DNA from: a virus
Direction: 5' to 3' (one strand)
Length of the DNA stretch: 64,000 bases
Virus record (IMG/VR): IMGVR_UViG_3300009285_016375
Location: 10,508 to 74,507 of that record
Shown: in pieces, positions 7,798 to 16,918 of the stretch
Layout of the letters: each line of letters begins with the position of its first letter
How positions within the stretch are numbered: the stretch's first letter is position 1
Translations under genes and position numbers: made by a program
Notes under the pieces: model-generated
Database searches by the model: none
Seen by the model: only the letters and a program-made list of their open reading frames with translations
Told to the model about the DNA's origin: nothing

Positions 7798-10700
7798 GGT
7801 GCTAACACTTTCATTGCTGTGGTTGAGCCATCGAGGCTATAGAGTGTGACCAAATTCCCGTTGCTATTGACCAACCAAAATCCGCCGGCGCCCAGCATAG
7901 CCGCCGTGGGCAGGAACGTGTTGGATGGGTAATAGGTGCCGGATTGAAATTTGGCGCTCCCGTTGGTGGTGATAGTAGCCACAGCGTTATTGCCGGGAGA
8001 ACTCAGTTGGAACAGGGTAGCCGCGCTGTTGCTGACCGACAGCGGGGCCAGGGGGGCCGTCGTCCCGATGCCGACGTTTCCATTAGTCACCAGCACTCCG
8101 CCGGCGAAGGTCCAGTTGGTTCCATCATCCCGCAATCGGATGGTGCCGTTGCCGTCGGCTAGAATGATGTTGTTCGACACACCGCTTGAGACCGTCGTGT
8201 TGGCCCCCAGAATGGTGTTGCCAGAGCCGTGGGCCAAACCTTTGCCCGACCAATAACCCAAAGCAGTGTTGTTGGCGCCCGTGGTGATGTCGTACAAAGC
8301 CAGGGATCCAATGGCGACATTCCAGTTGCCGCTATAACTCAGATGGAGCGCATCAGTGCCGACCGCGACGTTATAGATGCCATTGGTGTTCTGAAACATC
8401 GTGTCCGCCCCGACGGCCGTGTTTAGCAGGCCGCTGATATTATTGAGCAATGTGTTTTGCCCGACAGCGGTGTTATTGTGACCAGTGGCGTTATACCGTA
8501 ACGCCCAGTTTCCCAGCCCGGTATTGGACACGGCTGCCGGTGAGCCATTGCTGGCGCCATCGGAGCTCCCGGCTCGATAGCCGACATAGAGGTTTGCCGA
8601 GCCAGCATCGTTAATCCCAGCATGGTAGCCCAGGTAGAAATTGTAGGACGCATCATCGAATGTGAGGTAGTCCGTCCCAGCCAAATTGGTCAGCGTGGCG
8701 CTGGCCGGCTGAAACTCGGCTGTGTTGGCGGCGATGACCACGTTGGTGCTCGAATCGTCCAGCGTTATGCCGCTGCCCGCGCTCAGCGATTTCAGCGTGC
8801 GGTTCTGCTGGAGCGGCACGTTCAGCGCCTCGGCGTTCGTCAGCGTGATTTCCGCCAGCGTCACCAAGCGGTTGGCGTCGGAGACGGGTTCCTCCCAGAG
8901 CACGTAATTGGTTTGCCCGAGGTAAAACCGCAGGCCGGGGCCGTATTCCCCGTCGTAGATCGCCTCGATGCGATTGGTCTGGCTGCCCTGGTCCGGGTCG
9001 GATGACTGAAAATCGACATAGTTGGTGATGATCGGCCCAACCAGCCGCTTGTTGCTCAGGTCTTCAACGCTGGCGATGCGACTTATGGGGTTGGCTCCAC
9101 CCAGCGTGGGGCCATTGGTGTCCCAGAGGTTGTTGCCGGGCCGGATCACGACCCCGTGCGCTGCGGTCAGAGTGATCTCCTCCTCCACACCCGCAAACGA
9201 TTCCCCCTCGAAGACGAGGGTGCCGCTGCTGATCGACGTGACGCGTTTTAAGCCGTTATTACTCGCTTGCGATGAACCGGCCACCCACACAAAGGTTGCG
9301 TTGGTGAACACGACCAGATCGTTGGTGCTGGTATTGTCCACAATGCTATCCCCCAGGAACTCCAGATAGCCCGAGAGCGTGGCGGCCGTGGTGTTCGTGC
9401 GCCCGGCGACCACCGTAAAGGCGTGGGTGTTGGCGTCGGAGGCGAGGTCGAACGCGGTCACTCCGCCCACGTACGCAATGGCGGGACTACCACCGGACGA
9501 TGAGTACAGCGACAAATTGGTAGCCACGCCACTGAGTCGCGAGACCCGCGCGTTACCTACACCATCCACGTAGGCCGTGCTGGCAAACGCGTTTGTGGAC
9601 AGGGTCGCCCAGTTTGTCAGGTTCGCCGCCGCCGGCTGATAGGAATTGGTCCAGGGCGCGTTGGTGATGGCCCCCGTTCCGGCCAGGTTCGTCAGCCAGG
9701 TGGCCCCCAATTGATACGAGTTCGTCCAGGGCGCGTTGGTGATCGCCCCCGTTCCCGCCAGGTTGGTGAGGGTGGCGCTGGCCGGCTGAAAGGCGCCGCC
9801 TGTTTCGGTAGCATCTGTGCCCCAGCCCAGGTTGCCGCTGCCGTCGTTGGTTAAAATAGAGGCGGCCCCACCCTGGCCGCTGGGCCAATGGTAGGACACC
9901 CCGCGAATGGTAGTGTTGCTGCCGGAAAGAGTGAGGGCCTGCGCGCTGAGCAAACCATTGCTGCTGATGGTCAGCGCCGCGGGCACGCCGGGCGAACTCA
10001 ATTGGAACAGGGTCGCAGCGCTGTTGCTGACCGACAGCGGGGCCAGGGGGGCCGTCGTCCCGATGCCGACGTTGCCTTGTTTAAAAGTCAACACATTATA
10101 CCTTACCCCATTTATGTTTTGTGAAAAGTCATATTGTATGTGATCGCCAGCTGGACGGTTTTGGGTTAGGGTCAAATCATATAAACTGTTTAATGACCAT
10201 TTTTGAGAAGTAGTAGTAGCGCCGTCATCGGTAGTTTTGTAAATATCTAACAACGCCCCCGGCGCTGTCGTCCCGATGCCGACGTTGCCGTTGGTGGCGA
10301 CGATGACGGGATTGCCTGCACTGCTCAGCACACGGAACGTATCCGTGGAGGTTGCTCCCTGAAACCTGACGCCGCCCAACACGTCCAGCTCTTCCACGGG
10401 AGTCATGTTTACTCCCAGGTTACCGGCGTTGACCATTGCGTCGCCGTGGACGTGGAGAGTCTCGGATGGCGCATTAGTTCCGATGCCGACGTTGTAACCG
10501 AAGGTGGCATCGCCCGTGGTGCGGTTTATAACGAGATTGGATCCGACCAGGGTGCCGCCCGTGTTGACGACAAAATGCCCATCGTCGGCGCGCAAGCCCA
10601 GGCTCCATTGGCCGGTGCCATCATTGTCGAACGTGATCCGGTTGTCGGTGCCCGAAGGTTGCACTATCGAGACGCCGTTAGACCCGGTCGCAGTGTAGCC

Positions 10701-12140
10701 GGCTTCGTTGCCGAACGTCCCGGTGGCGACGGCCACCGAGGCCGCATCCGCCAGATTCGTGAGCGCAGCATGCGCCGGCTGAAAGGAAGCCGCGTTGGTA
10801 ATGGCCCCCGTCCCCGCCAGGTTCGTCAGCCAGGTGGCCCCCAATTGATACGAGTTCGTCCAGGGCGCGTTGGTGATGGCCCCCGTTCCGGCCAGGTTGG
10901 TGAGGGTGGCGCTGGCCGGCTGAAACTCGGCTGTGTTGGCGGCGATGACCACGTTGGTGCTCGAATCGTCCAGCGTTATGCCGCTGCCCGCGCTCAGCGA
11001 TTTCAGCGTGCGGTTCTGCTGGAGCGGCACGTTCAGCGCCTCGGCGTTCGTCAGCGTGATTTCCGCCAGCGTCACCAAGCGGTTGGCGTCGGAGACGGGT
11101 TCCTCCCAGAGCACGTAATTGGTTTGCCCGAGGTAAAACCGCAGGCCGGGGCCGTATTCCCCGTCGTAGATCGCCTCGATGCGATTGGTCTGGCTGCCCT
11201 GGTCCGGGTCGGATGACTGGAACTCGATGTAGTTGGTGATGGTGGGGCGGTCCAGAACCTTATGGGTCAGCGTGGCGGCGTTGGTTTGGCGCACGACGGA
11301 GTTGGGGCCGGTCAGCAGGCGGCCGTTGACATCATAGATGTCATTGCCGGGCTTGACGATCAGGCCTTGGGCGGCGGTGATGGTGAGCAGCACGCCTGAC
11401 TCTTCGGCCAGGACCTGACCGCCGCCGAGGTAGAGTTCAGCGGTGGTGGCCAGCACGACTTCCTTGAGGCCGTTGTTGGTGGCAAAGCTGGAGCCGGAAA
11501 TCCAGACGTAGCTGGCGTTGGTGAACACCGACAGGTTGTTGGTGCCGGTGTTGTCCTGAACGATGTCCCCGAGGGTGAGATCGAGTGTGCCGGTCAAGGT
11601 GGGGGGCGCGCTCTGGCCGCCGACGGCTGCGGTAAAAGCGTGCGTGGTGGCGTTGCTGGAGACCTCGAACAGGGTTTTGTCGCCCAAGGTGGCTTTGATC
11701 GAGCTTTTGTTGAGGGGACTATTGAGAATGCGGAGTTCATCCGTGACCCAGAGCTGCGGTATAAACACGCCCTCCACACTGGTGTCGTTGGAAACATCAA
11801 TCAAGCCGACGCCATTGTTGTCGTCGTAGCGGAGGCGCAGGTAGTGGGTGGGGTTGAGGGCGGAGAGCGCCCGGATTTCATTGGTGGCGATGAGGGTGCC
11901 GGCGGTGGCGGTATTGGTGACGAAGAGTCCGGCAAAGTTGGTGCCGGTGAGGGTGGTGATGGCGTTCGTCCAGCGGCCGGACGCGGCGTGATAGATCAAG
12001 GCCTGGCCGTCGGCCGGGCTGGCGAGGCGCACGTCTTGCAGTTGCCGGAGCAAGGGCGGAGCGCTGGCGGCCCCGAGGAGGAGCAGCAAGGCCAGGACAG
12101 CCCACGAGGCACGCCGGAAAGCGGGAGAGGTTGGTTTCAT
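7794..12140 (-). CDS. Large tail-fibre/adhesin-like mosaic protein with signal peptide
   Basis: PADGQALIY...WTN motif, repeated GNVGIGTTAP, YadA-head-like NTAVG repeats, internal duplications; start moved to MKPTSPAF, 2 nt after the upstream stop. Confidence 0.8.
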   Translation of the reverse strand: MKPTSPAFRRASWAVLALLLLLGAASAPPLLRQLQDVRLASPADGQALIYHAASGRWTNAITTLTGTNFAGLFVTNTATAGTLIATNEIRALSALNPTHYLRLRYDDNNGVGLIDVSNDTSVEGVFIPQLWVTDELRILNSPLNKSSIKATLGDKTLFEVSSNATTHAFTAAVGGQSAPPTLTGTLDLTLGDIVQDNTGTNNLSVFTNASYVWISGSSFATNNGLKEVVLATTAELYLGGGQVLAEESGVLLTITAAQGLIVKPGNDIYDVNGRLLTGPNSVVRQTNAATLTHKVLDRPTITNYIEFQSSDPDQGSQTNRIEAIYDGEYGPGLRFYLGQTNYVLWEEPVSDANRLVTLAEITLTNAEALNVPLQQNRTLKSLSAGSGITLDDSSTNVVIAANTAEFQPASATLTNLAGTGAITNAPWTNSYQLGATWLTNLAGTGAITNAASFQPAHAALTNLADAASVAVATGTFGNEAGYTATGSNGVSIVQPSGTDNRITFDNDGTGQWSLGLRADDGHFVVNTGGTLVGSNLVINRTTGDATFGYNVGIGTNAPSETLHVHGDAMVNAGNLGVNMTPVEELDVLGGVRFQGATSTDTFRVLSSAGNPVIVATNGNVGIGTTAPGALLDIYKTTDDGATTTSQKWSLNSLYDLTLTQNRPAGDHIQYDFSQNINGVRYNVLTFKQGNVGIGTTAPLAPLSVSNSAATLFQLSSPGVPAALTISSNGLLSAQALTLSGSNTTIRGVSYHWPSGQGGAASILTNDGSGNLGWGTDATETGGAFQPASATLTNLAGTGAITNAPWTNSYQLGATWLTNLAGTGAITNAPWTNSYQPAAANLTNWATLSTNAFASTAYVDGVGNARVSRLSGVATNLSLYSSSGGSPAIAYVGGVTAFDLASDANTHAFTVVAGRTNTTAATLSGYLEFLGDSIVDNTSTNDLVVFTNATFVWVAGSSQASNNGLKRVTSISSGTLVFEGESFAGVEEEITLTAAHGVVIRPGNNLWDTNGPTLGGANPISRIASVEDLSNKRLVGPIITNYVDFQSSDPDQGSQTNRIEAIYDGEYGPGLRFYLGQTNYVLWEEPVSDANRLVTLAEITLTNAEALNVPLQQNRTLKSLSAGSGITLDDSSTNVVIAANTAEFQPASATLTNLAGTDYLTFDDASYNFYLGYHAGINDAGSANLYVGYRAGSSDGASNGSPAAVSNTGLGNWALRYNATGHNNTAVGQNTLLNNISGLLNTAVGADTMFQNTNGIYNVAVGTDALHLSYSGNWNVAIGSLALYDITTGANNTALGYWSGKGLAHGSGNTILGANTTVSSGVSNNIILADGNGTIRLRDDGTNWTFAGGVLVTNGNVGIGTTAPLAPLSVSNSAATLFQLSSPGNNAVATITTNGSAKFQSGTYYPSNTFLPTAAMLGAGGFWLVNSNGNLVTLYSLDGSTTAMKVLAP
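8695..9008. repeat. 314-bp direct repeat, copy 1
   Basis: Identical by inspection to 10906-11219 (offset 2211). Confidence 0.9.
10906..11219. repeat. 314-bp direct repeat, copy 2
   Basis: Identical by inspection to 8695-9008. Confidence 0.9.
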
Positions 12141-12141
12141 G

Positions 12142-12996
12142 CTAGTTGTAGAGGTGCACCAGAAGGCCGTCGGCGTTGTTGCCGGTTTCGAGATACCAGT
12201 TGGCCAGGTTGTCGCGGCGGGCTTCCGAGATGCCCACGGTATAAGGGCCGGCGCCGGCCAGCACTTTGATGGGCTGCGCGTTCGAGCCCGCCGTTGGCCC
12301 GACGTAGGCATCGGCGACGTTGTCCGTTTGGGCGGCTTTCAGGCCGTAGAAAGCGGCTTCGCGGAACTGGAGATGGGCGGTGACGGTGGCGTTGCGGGTG
12401 TAGTTTTCCAGGGTAACAATGGTGTCGCCAACCCCGGCGGTGATGAGATCAATGGCGGTGCCCGCAATGGCATTGGCGAAACTGGAGGCCAATTTGAGTT
12501 CGGTAGTGGACTCGATGATGAGGTAGTAGGTGGTGTCTTCGGCCAGGCCGGTGGGCAGGCTGCCCCCATCTGCGGCCACCGTGCAGGCTTGGCCTGTGAC
12601 CCAGTTGGATGGAATGGTGCCATCCGTAATGGTGAGAATTTCGCTGGTCTCGTCGGCCGAAAAGTTGTCAGACGCCGCGAGCAGGGCAATGGTGCCTTTC
12701 GGGGCAATCGTCAAATAATCGCTTTCCACGGCCAGGATGACGGCTTCAAAATCTGCCACCGGGGCCAGGCCGTCGGTGATAGAGATGGTGAGGCGATCTC
12801 CGGCTACCAAGTCCGGGACGCTGCCGGAGTAATCGGCAAAGTTCAGCAGGGTGGCGTAGTCGTTGTTGTAAACCCAGTTGAGCAGGCAGGCATAGGCCGT
12901 CAGGCCGGTGGTGCCGGCGCTGGCCAGCACGCGGGTAAACTGGCGGGGATGGTTCAGGCCGGAGAGGTCCGGGAAACTGGGGTCGCTAGGATTCAT
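12142..12996 (-). CDS. Virion structural protein
   Basis: LPTGLAEDTTYYLI...LKLASSFANA beta-rich motif seen in phage tail proteins. Confidence 0.6.
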   Translation of the reverse strand: MNPSDPSFPDLSGLNHPRQFTRVLASAGTTGLTAYACLLNWVYNNDYATLLNFADYSGSVPDLVAGDRLTISITDGLAPVADFEAVILAVESDYLTIAPKGTIALLAASDNFSADETSEILTITDGTIPSNWVTGQACTVAADGGSLPTGLAEDTTYYLIIESTTELKLASSFANAIAGTAIDLITAGVGDTIVTLENYTRNATVTAHLQFREAAFYGLKAAQTDNVADAYVGPTAGSNAQPIKVLAGAGPYTVGISEARRDNLANWYLETGNNADGLLVHLYN

Positions 12997-13504
12997 GGTT
13001 CAAAGTGTTTGCCTCTTTAAGGGTATTCTCAGAGGCCAGCGGGGCGGGTGGGAGGGGGTGAATGTTCTGTTGGACGTAGGCGACGTCCGCATGAATATCT
13101 GGGAGATTGGAGCGCGGGGTGCCTTTGGGGTTTTTGGAGTGGCCTTGAATCTCGGCCAGCTTAAGTTCCAGCTCGGCTAAAGCGACGTGGGAGCGGATGG
13201 CTTCGTTGAGGGCTGCGGCCCAAGCCAGGTAGTCAGCGGGCTGTTCTCCCGCTCTGGCCAGACGCTGGGAAAGATCGCGCAGCAGCCAGGCGATGCGATC
13301 ATGGGCGTCCAGGGTTTCGGTGGCGATAAAGCCGCGGAAGTTACGGGTGACAAAGGAGCCGAGCAGGCTTTTGCCCTTGAACTTTTCCAGGTCCAGGGTC
13401 ACGCCGGCGGCCTTGGCCGCTTTGAGGACTTCTGCATCATCCCAGGTGACCAGCTCGGCCTTGGCGGCGTGGGCGGCGTCGATATGGGTGAAATGGTTAG
13501 ACAT
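12986..13504 (-). CDS. Hypothetical protein (terminase small subunit candidate)
   Basis: 172-aa helical ORF near the terminase, overlapping its neighbours; function is only positional inference. Confidence 0.5.
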   Translation of the reverse strand: MSNHFTHIDAAHAAKAELVTWDDAEVLKAAKAAGVTLDLEKFKGKSLLGSFVTRNFRGFIATETLDAHDRIAWLLRDLSQRLARAGEQPADYLAWAAALNEAIRSHVALAELELKLAEIQGHSKNPKGTPRSNLPDIHADVAYVQQNIHPLPPAPLASENTLKEANTLNHES

Positions 13505-13862
13505 GGGCGGCGGGGGGGAAAGAGTTCAGAGCCGCGGGCCAGCCGATGTGGTTGGTTCCGGCGGTTTCGTCGTAGGCCCAGCAGTTGGCCGGGCCGGCGG
13601 CTTTGGTGGGCATGTGGCAGTGGCAGCCGAGCGAGCGCAGGCCGCGCCGCAACGGGGTGCCGCAGGTGGCCAGTGGGCGAAAGAAAATGGGGCAAACCCG
13701 ACAGGACTGGAGCCGGGCGGCCGTCAATTGAGGATCGAGGCTGGCCCGGGAGCGGGCGTAAGCGGCCAGAAAGGCGCGCCCAGAGCGGGCGCAGCGGCCG
13801 GTGACACAGGCGTGCAGAGCGGCCAGGGAAACGGCGGCGAAGAACTGAAGGCAGCCCTTCAA
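13497..13862 (-). CDS. Cys-rich hypothetical protein
   Basis: CRVC...C...CHC...C; overlaps the next gene. Confidence 0.45.
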   Translation of the reverse strand: MKGCLQFFAAVSLAALHACVTGRCARSGRAFLAAYARSRASLDPQLTAARLQSCRVCPIFFRPLATCGTPLRRGLRSLGCHCHMPTKAAGPANCWAYDETAGTNHIGWPAALNSFPPAAHV

Positions 13863-13870
13863 GCGTTCCG

Positions 13871-13909
13871 AATGTTGACTAACCTGATCAAGTTACGCAT
13901 GATTAGAAA
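13871..13909. promoter_or_regulatory. Quasi-palindromic site centred on TGATCA, overlapping a TTGACT-N17-CATGAT promoter
   Basis: 18/20 direct and 22/25 inverted identity to 16446-16470. Confidence 0.7.
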
Positions 13910-13913
13910 CCTT

Positions 13914-14906
13914 ATGGAAAATGGCGCAGAAAGTCAATCGTGGCCGGTGCTGGTGCCGCCCCAGATGTCGCACAAGCGGCTGGTGGCGCGCGGGCAAAGC
14001 CGCGTGAACACGAGATTGATGATGGCCATGCTTGACCGGCCGGTGAGCGGGGTGCGGAAAAACTGGCGGCAGGCGGCGGTCTATTCTCGGGCCCAGCAGC
14101 CCACCGCGGAACAGGTGCGGGAACTGGTGATGTGGGCGCAGCAGGTGAAACAATGGAGCCTGGGCATGCTGTCGGTGATGACGGGCATTCCGCCCCGGCG
14201 CTTGGGCGAGATTCGGAAAGGCGCCGCCGCCACCCTGCTGGAAACGCGGGTGTTATGGCTCTACTGGATGCTGGATCAGGCGCCGCAACTGCTCTACGAC
14301 CCGTGGCACCTGGCGACTTGGGGCCGGTATCACGGTTTGGATCTGCCGCGGCGCCGGAATTTTCAGGAGGCGCGGCGGGAAATGCTGGCTTTTTGCCTGG
14401 CGGAAAAGGAGACGGGCCGCCACCCGCACACGCCGATGGGTTTGGCCCGGCGCTTCAACATGTGCCTGGCGAGCGTGCGCCACGCGGCCAAAAAGGCCGG
14501 GCTGCGTTTGGCCGACGGGCGGGCGCGCAGCCACCAGATCAAGGCTGGCCGGCGGCCCGCGTTTCTGGACACGTGCAAACCCTATTTGTACATGGACTGG
14601 CGCAAAACGTATGCGCAACTGATGAAGGAGTGGGGGGTGAGCCAGACGCAGTTGATAAAAGCGCGGCAGTTTTACCTCAAGCTGTCGATCGAGAAGCTGC
14701 GCGGGCATTTTACGGCGGTGGGCAACGATCCCAAGGTGGTGGACGGGATTTTTGCACCGCGCCGCGGGGGTTGGGGCGGCGGGCGGGTGTTGCTGTGGGA
14801 GTACCGGCACCAGCGGGCGGAAGCGGAAAAAGCGGAAGCGGAAAAGAGCGCCCCGCCCACTGAGTGCACCGGGACAGAGGCCCCCTCGGTCACAGCGGCA
14901 CCGTGA
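13914..14906 (+). CDS. Hypothetical DNA-binding protein with HTH-like segments
   Basis: WSLGMLSVMTGIPPRRLGEI, PMGLARRFNMCLASVRHAA and YAQLMKEWGVSQTQL HTH-like helices; start after the promoter. Confidence 0.55.
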   Translation: MENGAESQSWPVLVPPQMSHKRLVARGQSRVNTRLMMAMLDRPVSGVRKNWRQAAVYSRAQQPTAEQVRELVMWAQQVKQWSLGMLSVMTGIPPRRLGEIRKGAAATLLETRVLWLYWMLDQAPQLLYDPWHLATWGRYHGLDLPRRRNFQEARREMLAFCLAEKETGRHPHTPMGLARRFNMCLASVRHAAKKAGLRLADGRARSHQIKAGRRPAFLDTCKPYLYMDWRKTYAQLMKEWGVSQTQLIKARQFYLKLSIEKLRGHFTAVGNDPKVVDGIFAPRRGGWGGGRVLLWEYRHQRAEAEKAEAEKSAPPTECTGTEAPSVTAAP

Positions 14907-16446
14907 CGATGCCGCCCGATTGCGGCAAGCGGACCAGCAAGGCTTCTTCCAGCTCCGCCCAGCTTTTGGCGGCAATGCAGTAGCGCAAAGCGTCCAGGCG
15001 GTGCTTGAGCGGGTCCGCAGCGGCCAGGCGGCCCTGCCGATTGAGGGCGATGTTGGAGAGGCATTCCCGCAGCAGTTCACAGCGGACATCCACGATAATG
15101 CGGTCCTCGTGCATCAGCCGGCGGAGGAGCTTCAGGCCGGGCATAACCTTGCCCTTGGGGGCGGCCTCCAGTTCGATGCGGCCCTCACTGTAGCGGTAGA
15201 TGGAGCGGGCTTCGAAAGCTTCCAAGCCTTCGCGCGGCGAGAAGGAGGAGGTGTCCGAGTAGTGGTGCCACAAGAGCCGTGTCCCGGCGCGTGCGGCCAG
15301 GGCGTCCATTTTCTCGAGCACCATTTCGGTGAAGTCCTTCAGGGAAATATTTTCCTTCAGGAGGACCAACTCGTCGTGGACTTTGAACAGGTAAATGGGT
15401 TCGTTGGCCGCCGCCGCCGAAATATCGACCGGCTCGATGAAGAGCACGGCCGGGTTGCGCCCGCCGTAGTCCCAGGCCGTGTTTAGCTCGACACAGCCGG
15501 GTTCGAGCAACAGGTATTCGTCGTCCTGAAAGCGACCGGGATGCGCGTCGTCGGGGATGTTGCCGATGCGGCCGAAGACATGGGCGGCGGGGCGCCAGAC
15601 GTCGGCAAAGTAACCGGCGCCGCTGGCCTTGACGTAAAGGCCGTAGTAGTAGCGAGCCAGGAGCACTGGGTCGCTGTAATAGGAGGAGTACACGTCGCGG
15701 CGGTCTTCAGGGGACAGGAAGGTGTTGTCGTCGATGTTGACGGTGATGACTTCGATTTGGCGGTAGAACTCCTGCAGCGCTTGCCGGGCCTGGCCCGTGA
15801 TATGATCGGGGATGGGCTGGTGCGGTTCCTCGAAGAAGAGCTGGTAGAACCAGGAATCTTTGCCTTCGGGAGGGGGGTTGACGTCCGCCAGGAACATGTA
15901 TTGGTCTGGCTGGATCGGGACGCCCGGCGGGGCCCGCAGGCATTGGCGGAGGATGTCGAAGGACTTGCGGCGGGTCAGCACTTCGTCCATTTGCGTGACC
16001 CAGAGGCCGGTGTAACGGCGGCCTTTGAAGCGCTGTTCCACCTCGTCTTCCACGGCCAAAGAATCGAGTTGGATGTAGGCTTTGCCAGCCGGGCCGAGAA
16101 TTTCGCAGTATAGCTTTTTGGTGAGCCCTTTCTGGCGGACGCGCTTTTTGTGGTCCTCCACCCACTCGACCAAGCCATCGGCGGCCCATTGGTCAATGAC
16201 GCCGCCGTCGCGGGTCAGGTCTTCCCAAGCGCCACCGTCGGCATTGAAGGTGTTGGTGGCCCCCAGGATGGAAAAGGAGGCCGGGCCGATGTCGCGGCAG
16301 TGTTTGAGGACGGCATGGGCGCACCCGATGGTTTTTCCGCATTTTCTCGGCCCGGAGAAGAGGCGGAAACGTTTGCGGGAATTGATGAGGCGGGCCTGCT
16401 TTTCAAATACGTCGAGGTAGTGCGAGCCGTCAGTTCTGAAAGGCAT
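14890..16446 (-). CDS. terL: Terminase large subunit
   Basis: Walker A SGPRKCGKT, FKGRRY, DVNPP coupling motif, DNTFLS, nuclease AWDYG and HRLDALRY. Confidence 0.92.
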   Translation of the reverse strand: MPFRTDGSHYLDVFEKQARLINSRKRFRLFSGPRKCGKTIGCAHAVLKHCRDIGPASFSILGATNTFNADGGAWEDLTRDGGVIDQWAADGLVEWVEDHKKRVRQKGLTKKLYCEILGPAGKAYIQLDSLAVEDEVEQRFKGRRYTGLWVTQMDEVLTRRKSFDILRQCLRAPPGVPIQPDQYMFLADVNPPPEGKDSWFYQLFFEEPHQPIPDHITGQARQALQEFYRQIEVITVNIDDNTFLSPEDRRDVYSSYYSDPVLLARYYYGLYVKASGAGYFADVWRPAAHVFGRIGNIPDDAHPGRFQDDEYLLLEPGCVELNTAWDYGGRNPAVLFIEPVDISAAAANEPIYLFKVHDELVLLKENISLKDFTEMVLEKMDALAARAGTRLLWHHYSDTSSFSPREGLEAFEARSIYRYSEGRIELEAAPKGKVMPGLKLLRRLMHEDRIIVDVRCELLRECLSNIALNRQGRLAAADPLKHRLDALRYCIAAKSWAELEEALLVRLPQSGGIVTVPL

Positions 16447-16483
16447 TTCTAATCTTGACTAACTTGATCATCTTGCTTACCAT
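16446..16483 (+). promoter_or_regulatory. Sigma70-like promoter for the head operon with shared operator
   Basis: TTGACT(16455)-17 bp-TACCAT(16478); same TAACYTGATCA motif as at 13880. Confidence 0.7.
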
Positions 16484-16512
16484 TCTGCTAAACAATACGC
16501 AAGAACTTGTTT

Positions 16513-16848
16513 ATGCGCAACTCAGAGCGGCACCATGAAATGATGGACTTGGGGACGCGTCACGACGACGACCTGGCTTCCGGCCCCGGCGCCGGCCCAG
16601 CGCCTGAGCCCGAAAGGCCGAGGGTCAGTTACCCGAAGTTTTCGGTGCATGGCGGCGTGAAGGAGGCGATGGAGAAGGAGCTGGGGCCGATGAAGCGCGG
16701 GGACCGGATGATGGCGCTGTGCGACCTGGAGGTGTCCGGGACGAGCGAGAACGAATACGAGGCGAGCCTTGAGTTCAGCGTGTGCGGGCTGAAAGCGAGC
16801 GACGACGTGGCTGAGGGCCAGCCCAAGGCAGAGAAAGGCATGAGGTAG
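16513..16848 (+). CDS. Small head-operon protein
   Basis: ORF directly after the promoter and upstream of the portal. Confidence 0.6.
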   Translation: MRNSERHHEMMDLGTRHDDDLASGPGAGPAPEPERPRVSYPKFSVHGGVKEAMEKELGPMKRGDRMMALCDLEVSGTSENEYEASLEFSVCGLKASDDVAEGQPKAEKGMR

Positions 16849-16918
16849 ATGCTGGCGGTGTGGTCTGTCCTATTGGGCATGGCGATTTTCTCGCGAACGC
16901 GAACGCGAACGCTCAGCG

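Noticed and set aside
8695-11219. DGR template/variable repeat pair
   Set aside because: The copies are identical with no adenine-specific differences, and no reverse transcriptase is present
13293-13913. N-terminal extension of the 537-aa ORF
   Set aside because: Antisense to two minus-strand genes and upstream of the promoter at 13875
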